DNA from: Candidatus Altiarchaeales archaeon
GTDB taxonomy: Archaea; Altiarchaeota; Altiarchaeia; IMC4; SCGC-AAA252-I15
Direction of reading: 5' to 3'
DNA: 64,000 nt
Assembly: GCA_014727915.1 (NCBI GenBank)
Contig: WJMO01000006.1
Coordinates: 448,001 to 512,000 of the forward strand
Shown piece by piece: positions 30,727 to 41,847 of this stretch; the first letter of the stretch is position 1; each line of letters starts with the position of its first letter. The position numbers were made by a program, and so were the translations under genes. Under the pieces are notes generated by a model. That model was not told the DNA's origin. It ran no database searches and was given only the letters and a program-made list of their open reading frames with translations.

Positions 30727-31218
30727 ATGAGGTTACTGGCCGTCCTGGCGCTCGCCCTGCTGGCCTGCGGGTGCATGACAGGAGCTTCAGAAGAGCCTGT
30801 GAAGGTCGTGGACGTGGGCTCTGACCAGGGGAGAGTCGTGGAATCGGTGGTCGAGACTACCACAACAACTGTAGAGGTGGCGGAGACGGTCGATACGGCG
30901 GAACCCCAGGAAGGCGATGTCATCGAGGTCGGAGACGACGTGGTCATAGAGATAAGACAGACCACAACATCAACCACCGCAACTTCAACTACCACAACAT
31001 CCTCCACTACAACAACCACTACGGATTCCACGACCACAACAACTTCCACGACCACGTCGAGCACATCTTCGACCACGCTTCCGTGCACCATAGAATGCTA
31101 TGAGATAGAATACCCCAACCCCAGCAGCTGCGAACGGGGATGCTGCATAAGCGAGAACACCAGATGCCAGTACATAACCGGCGGACTGAGCCAGGGCGGA
31201 CGGTGCAGGTGCCGTTAG
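30727..31218 (+). CDS. Thr-rich lipoprotein with Cys-rich C-terminus
   Basis: Lipobox LACGC, poly-Thr/Ser tract, 8-Cys tail. Confidence 0.7.
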   Translation: MRLLAVLALALLACGCMTGASEEPVKVVDVGSDQGRVVESVVETTTTTVEVAETVDTAEPQEGDVIEVGDDVVIEIRQTTTSTTATSTTTTSSTTTTTTDSTTTTTSTTTSSTSSTTLPCTIECYEIEYPNPSSCERGCCISENTRCQYITGGLSQGGRCRCR

Positions 31219-32459
31219 AGGTCGATCCTGTCCCTCCACTTCCTTATGGCCTCTCCAGCAACGTAGATGGAGCCAGTGATGAGCACTAGGTCGTCCTCGG
31301 ATGCAATGGACAATGCGTGGTCGACCGCGTCGGACACGCGCTCAACCGGGACGCCGTCCGCGTGCTTGAGGATTTCGCACGCCCCAAGAGCCCTCTTCAA
31401 ATCGGCTCTGGTGGCGATGAGCACGTCAGCCTCTGAAAGAAGCCCTATCATGGGCTTGTATTCCTTGTCGGACATGAAACCCGCCACCACGACCAGCCTA
31501 TCGTAATCCAGGGACCTTATGAAAGCCAGGGACTCACGCATACCCGCCGCGTTATGTGCTGAGTCAACTATTACCCTCGGGTTTTCCCGGACCAGGTCCA
31601 GCCTGCCGGGCCAATAGGCCTTCGGGACCGCTGACAGAATGTCACCACGCGTAGTGCCTAACTCTTCTGCTGCTGAGACCGCGCAGGCAATATTCAACGC
31701 CTGGAAGCCTCCGCGCATGGGAGACCTCAGCACATAGGATTCCCGGCCGGTCTTCATCTTGAACGAAACACCATCAAGGGAGGACTCGACATCACATAGG
31801 ACTACATCCCCCCCGACCTTAACAACCCTTGAACCCCGCTCAGCCGCCGCGGAAGATATTATGTCCAATGCCTCCCCGGACGCAGCGGTCACAACCACCG
31901 ACCCGCCGTGGATTATCCCTGCTTTCTCGACGGCGATCTCGCCGACTGTCGAGCCTAGATAGCTGGTGTGGTCGATCTCGACGTTCGTTATCACCTGGAG
32001 CTTCGACTCCACCGCATTGGTCGAGTCCAACCTGCCGCCCATCCCAACCTCCAAGATAATGACATCCACGCGCTCGTCGGCGAAATGCTTCAACGCCAAC
32101 GCTGTGGTGGCCTCGAAGAAAGTGGGCTTGGAGCCCATAGAATCAATATGTGGCTTCAACCGCCCTGCCAATTCCGCGAACCTCTCCCTGTCGATCTGCA
32201 CACCATCCACGCGAACACGCTCCGTGAAGTCGATCAACTCGGGTGAAGTGTAGAACCCAACCTTCCTGCCCGACATGCGGAGTATGGAATCCAACACACA
32301 GGCACAGCTACCCTTCCCATTGGTGCCCGCTATATGGACTATCTCACCGTCGAAACCGAACCCCAAAGAATCCAAGAGATCGCGGGTGTTCTCCAATCTG
32401 AAACGGTAGCCAAGCCGCTCAAAACCGCGAAGATAAGACAACGCACCCGAGTAGTCCAT
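31215..32459 (-). CDS. folC: Folylpolyglutamate/dihydrofolate synthase
   Basis: HIAGTNGKGS, TSP, ER, TFFE, EVGMGGRLDSTN, WPGRL, DSAHN, GSIY. Confidence 0.94.
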   Translation of the reverse strand: MDYSGALSYLRGFERLGYRFRLENTRDLLDSLGFGFDGEIVHIAGTNGKGSCACVLDSILRMSGRKVGFYTSPELIDFTERVRVDGVQIDRERFAELAGRLKPHIDSMGSKPTFFEATTALALKHFADERVDVIILEVGMGGRLDSTNAVESKLQVITNVEIDHTSYLGSTVGEIAVEKAGIIHGGSVVVTAASGEALDIISSAAAERGSRVVKVGGDVVLCDVESSLDGVSFKMKTGRESYVLRSPMRGGFQALNIACAVSAAEELGTTRGDILSAVPKAYWPGRLDLVRENPRVIVDSAHNAAGMRESLAFIRSLDYDRLVVVAGFMSDKEYKPMIGLLSEADVLIATRADLKRALGACEILKHADGVPVERVSDAVDHALSIASEDDLVLITGSIYVAGEAIRKWRDRIDL

Positions 32460-34117
32460 CAGAACAAACCGCTTATCACACCGTCGTCGTCGATGTCTAT
32501 CACTTCGGCCGCAGGCCTCCTGGGCAACCCGGGCATGGTCATAACCTTCCCAGTCAACACCACGATGAAACCGGCGCCAGCCGACAAATGTATCTTCTTG
32601 ACCGTTATCTTGAAGCCGTCCGGCCTCCCCAGCAATGTTGAGTCGTCGCTGAGGCTCTTCTGGGTCTTGCTCATGCAAACCGGGAGCTTGTCCAGGCCCT
32701 GGGCCTCCAGCTCCCGGATCTCATTCAACGCCCTCTCAGTGTATGTCACGCCGTCAGCCCCGTATATCTCCCGGGATATGGCCTCGATCTTCTCCCTAAT
32801 GGGCTTGCCAGGATCATAGAGGAACCTGAAATCTGACTTTGACTTGGACGCCTTAAGCACTGCCTCAGCCAGCTCCAAACCGCCGTCGCCCCCCATGGAA
32901 TGCACCTCCGACAGCGCGCAGTCGACCTTCTTGTCCCTGCACCTCCCCAGCACAAAGTCGACCTCAGCGTCCGTGTCAGTGGCAAACCGGTTGACTGCAA
33001 CAACCAAGGGCACATTGAACTTCAACACGTTCTCTATCTGCTTCTCCAGGTTAGGCCATCCCTTCTCCAACGCCAGCAAATCCTCCATTTCATATTCGCT
33101 GCATCCGCCATGGTGCTTCAACGCCCTCACCGTCGCCACCAGGACGACCGCGTCAGGCTTCAAACCCGCCTGCCGGCACTTGATGTCGAAGAACTTCTCA
33201 GCGCCCAGGTCCGCGCCGAACCCGGCCTCGGTCACGACAACATCCGCCAGCTTCAACGCCATCTTCGTCGCCACCACGCTGTTGCACCCGTGGGCGATGT
33301 TAGCGAACGGACCGCCATGGATTATGGCAGGCCCGCCCTCCATGGTCTGCACCAGGTTGGGGTTGAACGCGTCACGCAAAAGGGCGGCCATGGCACCCTG
33401 GACCTTCAACTGCTCGACGGTGACAGGGTCGCCGAAGAACGTATAACCAACGACCATCCTGGCAAGCCGCTCCCTCAGGTCATGGTAGCTCTCAGACAGG
33501 CACAACACGGCCATGACCTCGCTGGCGGCGGTGATGTCATACCTGTCCTCCCGAGCCAGGCCAGAAGAGTCGGCCAAACCGACGAATATGCGGCGGAGGC
33601 TCCGGTCGTTCATGTCCGTGACTCGATGCCATCTGACACGGTTGGGGTTGATGTTGAGCTCGTTACCCTGGAATATGTGATTGTCCACGACCGCGGACAA
33701 CAGGTTGTTGGCCGCGGAAACCGCGGGTATGTCGCCTGTGAAGTACAGGTTGATGTCCTCCATGGGAAGCACCTGACTGTACCCGCCGCCGGCCGCACCG
33801 CCCTTGATGCCCATAACAGGGCCGAGGGACGGCTCCCTTATGCACAAAACCGCGTTAACGTCCTTCTTCCGAAGCGCCTGGGTCAAGCCGACGGTTGTGG
33901 TTGTCTTCCCCTCACCCGGGGGTGTGGGAGTCATCGAAGTAACTAGCACCAGCTTACCGTCCCTGTTCTTCTTCAGCCGCTCCAAGAGCTTAACAGGCAG
34001 CTTGGCCTTGAACTTGCCATATGCCATGAGATCATCGGGTTCCAGGCCCAAATCTCCCGCAACCTCCTCGACAGGCCTCAGATCAACCGAATGCGCTATC
34101 TCAATATCAGATTTCAT
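32459..34117 (-). CDS. fhs: Formate--tetrahydrofolate ligase
   Basis: [54 protein letters not shown]. Confidence 0.97.
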   Translation of the reverse strand: MKSDIEIAHSVDLRPVEEVAGDLGLEPDDLMAYGKFKAKLPVKLLERLKKNRDGKLVLVTSMTPTPPGEGKTTTTVGLTQALRKKDVNAVLCIREPSLGPVMGIKGGAAGGGYSQVLPMEDINLYFTGDIPAVSAANNLLSAVVDNHIFQGNELNINPNRVRWHRVTDMNDRSLRRIFVGLADSSGLAREDRYDITAASEVMAVLCLSESYHDLRERLARMVVGYTFFGDPVTVEQLKVQGAMAALLRDAFNPNLVQTMEGGPAIIHGGPFANIAHGCNSVVATKMALKLADVVVTEAGFGADLGAEKFFDIKCRQAGLKPDAVVLVATVRALKHHGGCSEYEMEDLLALEKGWPNLEKQIENVLKFNVPLVVAVNRFATDTDAEVDFVLGRCRDKKVDCALSEVHSMGGDGGLELAEAVLKASKSKSDFRFLYDPGKPIREKIEAISREIYGADGVTYTERALNEIRELEAQGLDKLPVCMSKTQKSLSDDSTLLGRPDGFKITVKKIHLSAGAGFIVVLTGKVMTMPGLPRRPAAEVIDIDDDGVISGLF

Positions 34118-34188
34118 ATTTGAATAAGAAACAAGGGATGAACGCTTAAAAAGAAAACATAATAACTATGCTTTCCATTAGATAGTAT

Positions 34189-35958
34189 ATGGCTGCTACG
34201 AGGAGGGTTGAGAGAATAGGATTTGACGGGGATCTGCCCAGGATCATAGCACACCCCGTGGACGAGCAGATAGTCGTATTAAGGAACCCCGACGTGCCCT
34301 TCAGGAGGGATGGGAAACATGTTGAAGGCCCGGTGGTCATGACCCGCGGGGGCATAGGCTACGTCGTCGGCAGCAACAGATTAGACGCCAGGGACGAAAG
34401 CCCTGAAAGAGCAGCCGAACTAGTCCGGATGAAGGATAGCATGGACCGGGGGGAGATCACCATAACAACACCATATGATATCTACACCGGCGGACTTTTC
34501 GGGGACAAGAGCAAACTGGCGATCGTGTTCACAAGCGGGGGGGAAGGGTCGAGCATCGGAGTCAACAACGCGGAGGTCACACGGGAACTGAGCAGCACAC
34601 ACGTCGTCCTAGGAGCATGGCAGGGCTTCCAGGCAGGGGTGAAGACAACAGAGGAGTTCGCAAGACAGCTTACCGTGTTAAACGACCCGGCAACCACCGA
34701 GAGGATGAGCCGCACGGGAGGCTCCACCCTTGGAATGTCACGCACAAAGGTCAGATTCGACTCCGAAAATCCAGAGGACATAGAGGCTGCTGAAAACCTC
34801 TTCACCAACGTGCGATACGTGGGCGTAGTATTCGGGAACGGGGGCGGAGACCACACACAGAACTTCATGAACTTGTACCTGAAGGCGCAGGCAGAGGGGG
34901 CAAGCCAGATTGTCATAGGAGTGACGCCGAAGAGCATGGACAACGACCTGGCAATAAATTTAAACGACGGGACAATCGCCAACTCACTGATGCTGGGATT
35001 CCCAACAACCGCGTATGTTATGCGCCGGCACTTCCTGGACGAGATGCAGAGCGCAGCCGGAGCAGGACGCGGCACGGTGGGGTTCTTCTTCGGACGCGGA
35101 GCGGGATGGACCGTCCTGGGAGCCATAAGGAACGACATGGAATACAGGGAGAATATGCGGGAGGACGGCATATTGACGGCGGACATGGAGAACAAGATGG
35201 ACAGCCTCGGACCGCGGACGATAGGATTGGTGCCCGAGTATCCGGTGTCAATACCCTACTTCGCAGCCTCGATTAACAAAATCTACAACGAGGGTAGCAT
35301 AGACGGGCAGGGAGGGGAAGTCAGGGACAAGTTCGTCGGAGTCGCAGTATCCGAAGGCTTCATGTTCACGGAACTGATCTCCGAATTCGAAAGGCTCACC
35401 AGGGAGAGGGAGGAGGGAAGGCTCACTGAAGAAATCGTCATCGAAAAGGTGTCCAGAAACGATTTGGAAGACCTGATAGAGGACGAGAACGTCAAGAGGA
35501 TAATGGGTGAAAACCCGGAGATGGCCAAGAAATTCTTCGAACAAGTGATGAAGCCCAAACTGGACGTCTGGGAACACCCCAAAGTTGACTTCGGACCCCA
35601 GTTCGTGCACGCGGTGATGAACAGCAGCCTAACGGACGTGCCGAAAAACAATTATGCAGAGATAAAATACGAGGCGCGCACCGGAGAGACCGTACCCGCC
35701 GACCGGGCCCTGGGAGAGGTCACCGGCAGGGTGGAAGCCGAGACTATAAGAGCCGGCAGGTCGGGGGTGACCACTGTGACTTATGAGGCGGGCGAAGACC
35801 CGTTACTGATAGACCCCCGCAAGCGGGGGGCAAGCTTCATACCCTTCGAGGACATAGCCGGGATGAGCGAAGACCAGAACAACCTAAGGACTTTGGACCC
35901 CAACTACCTCAGAAAGCTGGGGATACTCATCGAACCCCATTTTGAGATGCCAGCCTAA
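34189..35958 (+). CDS. Highly divergent PfkA-family phosphofructokinase-like protein
   Basis: TSGG, GGSTLGMSR, GGGDHT, PKSMDND, LGFPT, FGRGAGW, VPE, VSEG, YEAR in canonical PFK order. Confidence 0.75.
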   Translation: MAATRRVERIGFDGDLPRIIAHPVDEQIVVLRNPDVPFRRDGKHVEGPVVMTRGGIGYVVGSNRLDARDESPERAAELVRMKDSMDRGEITITTPYDIYTGGLFGDKSKLAIVFTSGGEGSSIGVNNAEVTRELSSTHVVLGAWQGFQAGVKTTEEFARQLTVLNDPATTERMSRTGGSTLGMSRTKVRFDSENPEDIEAAENLFTNVRYVGVVFGNGGGDHTQNFMNLYLKAQAEGASQIVIGVTPKSMDNDLAINLNDGTIANSLMLGFPTTAYVMRRHFLDEMQSAAGAGRGTVGFFFGRGAGWTVLGAIRNDMEYRENMREDGILTADMENKMDSLGPRTIGLVPEYPVSIPYFAASINKIYNEGSIDGQGGEVRDKFVGVAVSEGFMFTELISEFERLTREREEGRLTEEIVIEKVSRNDLEDLIEDENVKRIMGENPEMAKKFFEQVMKPKLDVWEHPKVDFGPQFVHAVMNSSLTDVPKNNYAEIKYEARTGETVPADRALGEVTGRVEAETIRAGRSGVTTVTYEAGEDPLLIDPRKRGASFIPFEDIAGMSEDQNNLRTLDPNYLRKLGILIEPHFEMPA

Positions 35959-36147
35959 CAAGATTGTCAGGTTAGGTTGTTGGGGTTCCCCTGGCAGTTG
36001 ACGCCGTTTTTCATGTGTCAAAGCACACTATTTTTTTATTATCACATCACCAACCACAGAATTACCCGCGAGCCCACCGTGTGGGCGCGCATCCATCACA
36101 CTTTAGAGAACCCCAGAATAGCTATGGGAATACAACGATAAAAAGAC

Positions 36148-37692
36148 TTAGTGGAGGAAGCAGCGCACGCCGGTGAAGACCATGGCCATCCCATGCTCGT
36201 CCGCGGCCTTGATGACCTCCTCGTCCCGTATGCTGCCCCCCGGCTGTATGACCGCGGTGACGCCGGCTTTCGCAGCCTCGTCGATGCCGTCACGGAAGGG
36301 GAAGAAGGCGTCCGACGCCATCACCGAGCCCTTGGCCAAATCCCCCGCCTTCATTGCGGCGATCTTCACCGCGTCAACCCGGCTCATCTGGCCGGCCCCC
36401 ACGCCAACGGTCCGGTCACTGTTTGAGAGGATTATGGAATTGGACTTGGTGTGCTTGCACACCTTCCAAGCGAACAGCATGGCCTCTACCTCGTCGTCTG
36501 TGGGCTTTCGCTTGCCGACGGCCTTAAGGTCTGATTTCACTAAATCCTTCAAGTCGGTCGTCTGCAGCAGTAATCCGCCAACGACCCTGCGGACGTCCAA
36601 TGCGTTCTTGTTGGCCTTCCTTATCTGCCCCACCTCCAACACGCGCATGTTCTTCTTCCTTTTCAATGTCTCCAACACCTCCTCAGAGTATGCGGGAGCG
36701 GCAACCAGCTCGACGAACGTGGAGGTGATGTCCTCAGCGGTCTTCGCATCCGGCTGGCGGTTCAACGCCACGATGCACCCGAACGCGCTAGTGGGGTCCG
36801 CGCTGTGAGCGAGCTCGTATGCTTTGGAGATGTTATCAGCCACACCCACACCAGAGGGGTTCAAATGCTTCACGATAACGGCTGCAGGGCGGTCGAACTC
36901 CTTCACCAGCTCCAATGCGCTGTTGACGTCTATGAGGTTGTTGAATGATAGGTGCTTGCCCCCCGCGACGAGGCGGGTCTTGGAGACTATTCCTTCCCCG
37001 GCGTTGTCATAGTAGTACGCGGCCATCTGATGGGGGTTCTCCCCATAGCGGAGGTCGTATGCTTTCTCAAGGTTTATGCTGAAATGCTGTGGGAAACTGC
37101 CGGGCTCGTACTCCTGACTCAAGTACCTGCTTATCGTCGAATCGTATCTTGCGGTGTGGCTGAACGCCTTGACAGCCAACGCATTCCTCGTCTCCCCCGA
37201 GACGCCCCCGGACTTTCGCATCTCCTCCAATACGAGCCCGTAGTCGGAGGGGTCGGTGACGACTGTCACATGCTTGTGGTTCTTGGCAGCTGCGCGGACG
37301 AGAGTCGGGCCACCTACGTCTATCATCTCCAACGCATCATCCAAGGTTACATCCTCCTTTAGAATGGTCTGCTCGAAGGGGTATAGGTTCACCACCACCA
37401 GGTCTATGGGCTCGATGACCTGCTCCTTCAACTGGCGCATGTGCTCCCCGCTATCCCTCCGCGCCAGGATGCCCGCGTGGATCTTAGGATGCAAGGTCTT
37501 GACCCGCCCGTCCAGCATCTCAGGGGACTCGGTGACATCAGACACCCTTACGACAGGCAGGCCAGCATCAGACAACACCTTAGCCGTGCCACCGGACGAT
37601 ATCAGCTTCACCCCGAGCTCATGAAGGCCCCTGGCAAAATCCACAACACCGTCCTTGTCATACACGCTGAACAACGCAGTCGCAGCCTTCAA
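36148..37692 (-). CDS. purH: Bifunctional AICAR formyltransferase/IMP cyclohydrolase
   Basis: SVYDK, GRVKTLHP, VNLYPF, LRYGENPHQ, KH.NP, GQMSRVD, SDAFFPF, QPGGS; TTG start. Confidence 0.97.
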   Translation of the reverse strand: MKAATALFSVYDKDGVVDFARGLHELGVKLISSGGTAKVLSDAGLPVVRVSDVTESPEMLDGRVKTLHPKIHAGILARRDSGEHMRQLKEQVIEPIDLVVVNLYPFEQTILKEDVTLDDALEMIDVGGPTLVRAAAKNHKHVTVVTDPSDYGLVLEEMRKSGGVSGETRNALAVKAFSHTARYDSTISRYLSQEYEPGSFPQHFSINLEKAYDLRYGENPHQMAAYYYDNAGEGIVSKTRLVAGGKHLSFNNLIDVNSALELVKEFDRPAAVIVKHLNPSGVGVADNISKAYELAHSADPTSAFGCIVALNRQPDAKTAEDITSTFVELVAAPAYSEEVLETLKRKKNMRVLEVGQIRKANKNALDVRRVVGGLLLQTTDLKDLVKSDLKAVGKRKPTDDEVEAMLFAWKVCKHTKSNSIILSNSDRTVGVGAGQMSRVDAVKIAAMKAGDLAKGSVMASDAFFPFRDGIDEAAKAGVTAVIQPGGSIRDEEVIKAADEHGMAMVFTGVRCFLH

Positions 37693-37734
37693 CCTAAAAC
37701 ACCAGTAAAAAACTAAGGACTAACCAGTATAAAA

Positions 37735-38568
37735 CTACTCGACCGCTTGCGCAGCCTTTAATGTGTTCTCCAAAAGCATGGCTATGGTCATCGGGCCCGC
37801 GCCGCCTGGGACGGGGCTTATGTACGAGCATTTGTCTTTGACTTTCTCAAAATCCACGTCGCCGACGGTTTCGCTATCTTTTTTCGCCACCCCCACGTCA
37901 ACGACGACCGCGCCCTCCTTCACCATGTCCTCCTTGATCAGGTGCGGGACTCCCGTCGCAGGCACGAGTATGTCAGCACGCCTCGTGTGAAACCCTAGGT
38001 CTTCTGTCTTCACATGGCAGACTGTCACGGTAGCGAACCGGTTGAGGAACAGCATGGCCAACGGCTTCCCCACCACAGTACTATGGTTGACTATCACAAC
38101 CTCCCTGCCCTCAACAGGAATCTCATACTCGTCCAATAATCTTATCACGCCCTTTGGGGTGGCTGCTACCATGCGCTCATCACCGGCCATAAGCTCCCCC
38201 ATGCTCCGGGGGTGGAAGCCGTCAACGTCCTTCGAGTGCGACACCGCGGCTAACACACGGTTTACGTTGATGTTGTCAGGTAGCGGGAGCTGCACGAGGA
38301 TGCCATGGACTTCCTTGTCTTTGTTCAACCCATCAATCACAGACAACAGCTCTTCCTCGGACACATCCTCGGATAGGTCTCTGCGGACAGAATGAAAACC
38401 AGCTTCCCGGCAGGCCCGGTCCTTCATGCCGACATACATCCTAGAAGCAGGGTCACCGCCGACGAGGACAGTTGCAAGACCTGGTTTAACGCCAAGTTTA
38501 GAGGCTTTCTCCTTCAGCTCGGCCCTTACCCTGGCCGAGACCGCCTTGCCATCCAAGATTACAGTCAT
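37735..38568 (-). CDS. folD: Methylene-THF dehydrogenase/cyclohydrolase
   Basis: [39 protein letters not shown]. Confidence 0.96.
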   Translation of the reverse strand: MTVILDGKAVSARVRAELKEKASKLGVKPGLATVLVGGDPASRMYVGMKDRACREAGFHSVRRDLSEDVSEEELLSVIDGLNKDKEVHGILVQLPLPDNINVNRVLAAVSHSKDVDGFHPRSMGELMAGDERMVAATPKGVIRLLDEYEIPVEGREVVIVNHSTVVGKPLAMLFLNRFATVTVCHVKTEDLGFHTRRADILVPATGVPHLIKEDMVKEGAVVVDVGVAKKDSETVGDVDFEKVKDKCSYISPVPGGAGPMTIAMLLENTLKAAQAVE

Positions 38569-39812
38569 TTGTAGACCGGAAACTTACTGCAGAGGCTGCC
38601 AACCTCCGCCTTCACCTTATCCCTTACCTTCTCGCTCGAGGGGTCCGATAACACTTCGCTTATCCAGGAGCCGATCAAGTTCATCTCAGACTCGCCCATA
38701 CCCCTGACAGTGACCGAAGGGGTGCCAACCCTTATCCCAGAGGTGACGAACGGCTTCTCATTGTCGTAGGGTACGGTGTTCTTGTTCAAGGTTATGCCTG
38801 CCGCGCCCAACGACTCCTCAGCCAGCTTCCCAGTGAGTCCCTTGTTCGAAAGGTCCGCCAGAATGAGATGGTTGTCCGTCCCGCCCGACACCAAGTCGAA
38901 ACCATTATCAGAGAGTGTTGAGGCCATTGCCTTGCTGTTCTTCACCACCTGCTCCATCACCTTCTTCCTCTCACTTGTCATGTTCTCCTTGAAGCAAACG
39001 GCCTTCGCAGCGATTATGTGCATGAACGGCCCGCCCTGACACCCGGGGAAAACCGCACGGTCAACGTCCTTCGCATGCTCTTCCCGGCACATTATCATCG
39101 CGCCCCGGGGGCCCATCAGCGTCTTATGGGTTGTGGTAGTGATATAGTCCGCATATCTCACAGGCGACGGATGAACTCCCGCAGCAACCAATCCTGCGAT
39201 GTGAGCGATGTCCGCCAACAGCAACGCGCCGACGTCGTCGGCAATCTCCCGGAACTCCTTGAAAGGCACAGTCCTCGGGTAGGCGCTGTATCCGCAGACG
39301 ATGATCTGGGGCTTCACCTCCCGGGCCCGGGCGAGCACCTCATCATATTCTATCACACCCGTCTCCTTGCTGACGGTGTAGAACTCCCCCTTGTAGATTT
39401 TCCCGGACTCGTTTATTTTGTAGCCGTGACTGAGGTGGCCGCCGTGGCTCAGCTCCATGGACAGTATCTTGTCCCCTGGCTTCAACGCCGCAAGATACAC
39501 GGCAAGGTTGGCCTGGGTGCCGCTGTGGGGCTGCACGTTAACATGATCAGCGCCGAATACCTTCTTGGCCCTTTCTATGGCCAGGTCCTCAACCAAATCG
39601 ACGTTCTCACAACCCCCATAGTATCGCTTATGAGGATAACCTTCAGCGTACTTGTTGGTCATCACGGAAGAGCATGCCTCGCGCACCGCCTGCGATGTGA
39701 GGCTCTCCGAGGCTATGAGGTTTATGCCCTCCTGCCGCCTCTCCTCCGCCCCTATAGCCTCCAAAACCCGGGGGTCAACCTCCGCCAAACTCCTGTAAAA
39801 CGAAACGTCCAT
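38565..39812 (-). CDS. glyA: Serine hydroxymethyltransferase (bacterial-like)
   Basis: [42 protein letters not shown]. Confidence 0.97.
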   Translation of the reverse strand: MDVSFYRSLAEVDPRVLEAIGAEERRQEGINLIASESLTSQAVREACSSVMTNKYAEGYPHKRYYGGCENVDLVEDLAIERAKKVFGADHVNVQPHSGTQANLAVYLAALKPGDKILSMELSHGGHLSHGYKINESGKIYKGEFYTVSKETGVIEYDEVLARAREVKPQIIVCGYSAYPRTVPFKEFREIADDVGALLLADIAHIAGLVAAGVHPSPVRYADYITTTTHKTLMGPRGAMIMCREEHAKDVDRAVFPGCQGGPFMHIIAAKAVCFKENMTSERKKVMEQVVKNSKAMASTLSDNGFDLVSGGTDNHLILADLSNKGLTGKLAEESLGAAGITLNKNTVPYDNEKPFVTSGIRVGTPSVTVRGMGESEMNLIGSWISEVLSDPSSEKVRDKVKAEVGSLCSKFPVYK

Positions 39813-39973
39813 GAGGATACAATATATGGGACCCATATTATAATAAAAACAGGACAAAACCGGATTTCACAATAGTTTAAACAATTATATGAACTATTAA
39901 AAGGAAAACAGGTATAATTCAAACAAAGACAAGCCTTATATTGCCATCCTCCCTACTACTATAAGCTGTTTCT

Positions 39974-40054
39974 GGGCCTGTAGCCTAGCGGATGCTGCTC
40001 ACATGCGTTCGCGCAGACGAAACTGCAACAGCAGTCTAGCCTAAGGCGACAGCC
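39974..40054 (+). pseudogene. Duplicated 5' half of tRNA-Arg with a 49-nt insert in the D-loop
   Basis: GGGCCTGTAGCCTAGCGGAT [39994-40042] AAGGCGACAGCC matches 40088-40119 exactly once the insert is removed. Confidence 0.8.
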
Positions 40055-40087
40055 CAAAATAGAAAACATAGAAGGAAGCACATTCAC

Positions 40088-40239
40088 GGGCCTGTAGCCT
40101 AGCGGATAAGGCGACAGCCTTCTACGAGCCCCTTTCTTTTAAAAAAAGAAAGGTGCTTCACCCCCAAAGAAAAAAATAGGGTGGTGAGGAAGGGTTCGGG
40201 GATAGCTGTAGATCATGGGTTCGAATCCCATCAGGCCCA
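40088..40239 (+). tRNA. tRNA-Arg(TCT) with 79-nt intron at 37/38 (40125-40203)
   Basis: Acceptor GGGCCTG/CAGGCCC, D stem GCCT/AGGC, AC stem ACAGC/GCTGT, T arm ATGGG-TTCGAAT-CCCAT; BHB with central helix CTTC/GGGG, bulges TA|C and AT|A, outer helix GAGCCC/GGGTTC. Confidence 0.93.
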
Positions 40240-40296
40240 CAAGAATTTTTTATGTTGGGGTTAAGGGGTTTTATTTCCATCATTTTAATCCCTAAT

Positions 40297-41727
40297 ATGC
40301 GCTTATGTTGTCTGATAGTCCTTATCCTCATTTTCTCAGGCTGTATGGGAGGATATGACAAAACAGAAGAATCAAAGCCAGACAATTATTGTGAAACCGA
40401 TCGAGATTGCAGCCCTCTCGGATGTTGTTGTCCTAAAAAATGTACGGGTTCAGTATATGCCAGCCAGTACTATTATGAAAACTGTAAAGGGAAACCCTGT
40501 CCAGAAGTAGTATGTAACCCTGTTGTGACATGCACTTGTGAAAATAACATGTGTAAAACACACAAAGATAGTGTATTCAAAAAAACCACTTCATCAACTC
40601 AATCCACCACGACAACTTTGAAGATTGGGACTGATTATTCTGAACTAATCCACATGTATACTGACAAATTCGACTCAAACAGTTCTATAATCAAATGCCA
40701 AAATGATGATGACTGTATCTTAGTCCCAAATATTGGTAGTTGTAATGCTGGTGGCATAAATATAGCCATCAATAAGGATTTCCAAGAGGGGTGGAACAAG
40801 CAACTAAATGAAGAACGTAGAGGGATGGTGTTTGCAGGAGTCATGTCGCAGCATTCATCATGTTTCTCAAATCCAGTTTGTAACGATAATAAATGCACGA
40901 CTGAGATTAACAATACAATGATTTGCAGTCAACAGGATATTCGTGGAAACTGTGAAAATCCTGCATATGCGAATAACTGGAAAAAGGAACTGGGTATACG
41001 ATGTGAAGATCTTAATGCAATATGTCAGTGGGGGATAGGGAATATCAATGCATCAGACTTCATAAATTGGGATGAGAACTTCGGGTCGTGGGGGGATGAA
41101 TACGGGACATTCATCCAACTTAGAGATTTTAGCGGATATGAGTACGACCTAAACTCCTCGGTGGACGAAAAATTAAAGGTCTACGCATTACGTCGTGAGA
41201 AAAGCAGGAATATATCAAAGGAGTTCATAGCTTTCCTGAAGCAGTTGGATGTGAGTATAGATGAGGATAGGAGTTTCGGGAAGATAATGGTTGTCGGAGG
41301 ACGAAAAGATGACATGCAAAAGGTCATCTTCCACCCCTATGTCGAGTCATATTCCAGAGATAACCCGGGATTCCCGGAGGATATTTTCACAGAAACTGAG
41401 CTGAAATATTGCATGACTGATGATGACTGCATAAGTATTGAAGCATATAGGAATGGATGTACGGCCGGTGGGACATCAATACCCATGAATAAAAAATTCA
41501 AGGAGTATTGGACCGATAAGAGATTGTCAGATACTCTTTTTACAGGAACTACTGGGGTGCTATCCTTCCATTGGTCCTGTTTTGCAATCCCAAAATGTCT
41601 GAACCATAGGTGTGCATTAGTCAATACAACGTGTTCAAGTCCTGAGGATTGTGACGGAGGATACTACTACGAAAAGTTCAGTGAAGGAATAATATGCAAA
41701 GACAATAAATGTTATGGGGATATTTAG
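40297..41727 (+). CDS. Cys-rich lipoprotein with repeated C-x2-D-x-D-C modules
   Basis: Lipobox FSGC; CETDRDC, CQNDDDC, CMTDDDC, CSSPEDC; internal repeat (GSCNAGG..AINK / NGCTAGG..PMNK). Confidence 0.8.
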   Translation: MRLCCLIVLILIFSGCMGGYDKTEESKPDNYCETDRDCSPLGCCCPKKCTGSVYASQYYYENCKGKPCPEVVCNPVVTCTCENNMCKTHKDSVFKKTTSSTQSTTTTLKIGTDYSELIHMYTDKFDSNSSIIKCQNDDDCILVPNIGSCNAGGINIAINKDFQEGWNKQLNEERRGMVFAGVMSQHSSCFSNPVCNDNKCTTEINNTMICSQQDIRGNCENPAYANNWKKELGIRCEDLNAICQWGIGNINASDFINWDENFGSWGDEYGTFIQLRDFSGYEYDLNSSVDEKLKVYALRREKSRNISKEFIAFLKQLDVSIDEDRSFGKIMVVGGRKDDMQKVIFHPYVESYSRDNPGFPEDIFTETELKYCMTDDDCISIEAYRNGCTAGGTSIPMNKKFKEYWTDKRLSDTLFTGTTGVLSFHWSCFAIPKCLNHRCALVNTTCSSPEDCDGGYYYEKFSEGIICKDNKCYGDI

Positions 41728-41847
41728 GCTTCAAAAAAGGTTCTATTTTTGTCTAATAGTTGTTCCAGACTAACTTATAGTGACTATATATTGCAATAAT
41801 CTATATTATAGATATCGAGAAAAATTATATATTGTAAAAGATATATT

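Noticed and set aside
30950-31080. ACN-rich DNA repeat
   Set aside because: Explained by the poly-Thr/Ser linker of a lipoprotein.
36060-36095. ZTP (pfl) riboswitch near purH/fhs
   Set aside because: Only a loose hairpin similarity; the conserved 5' domain is missing and it lies downstream of purH.
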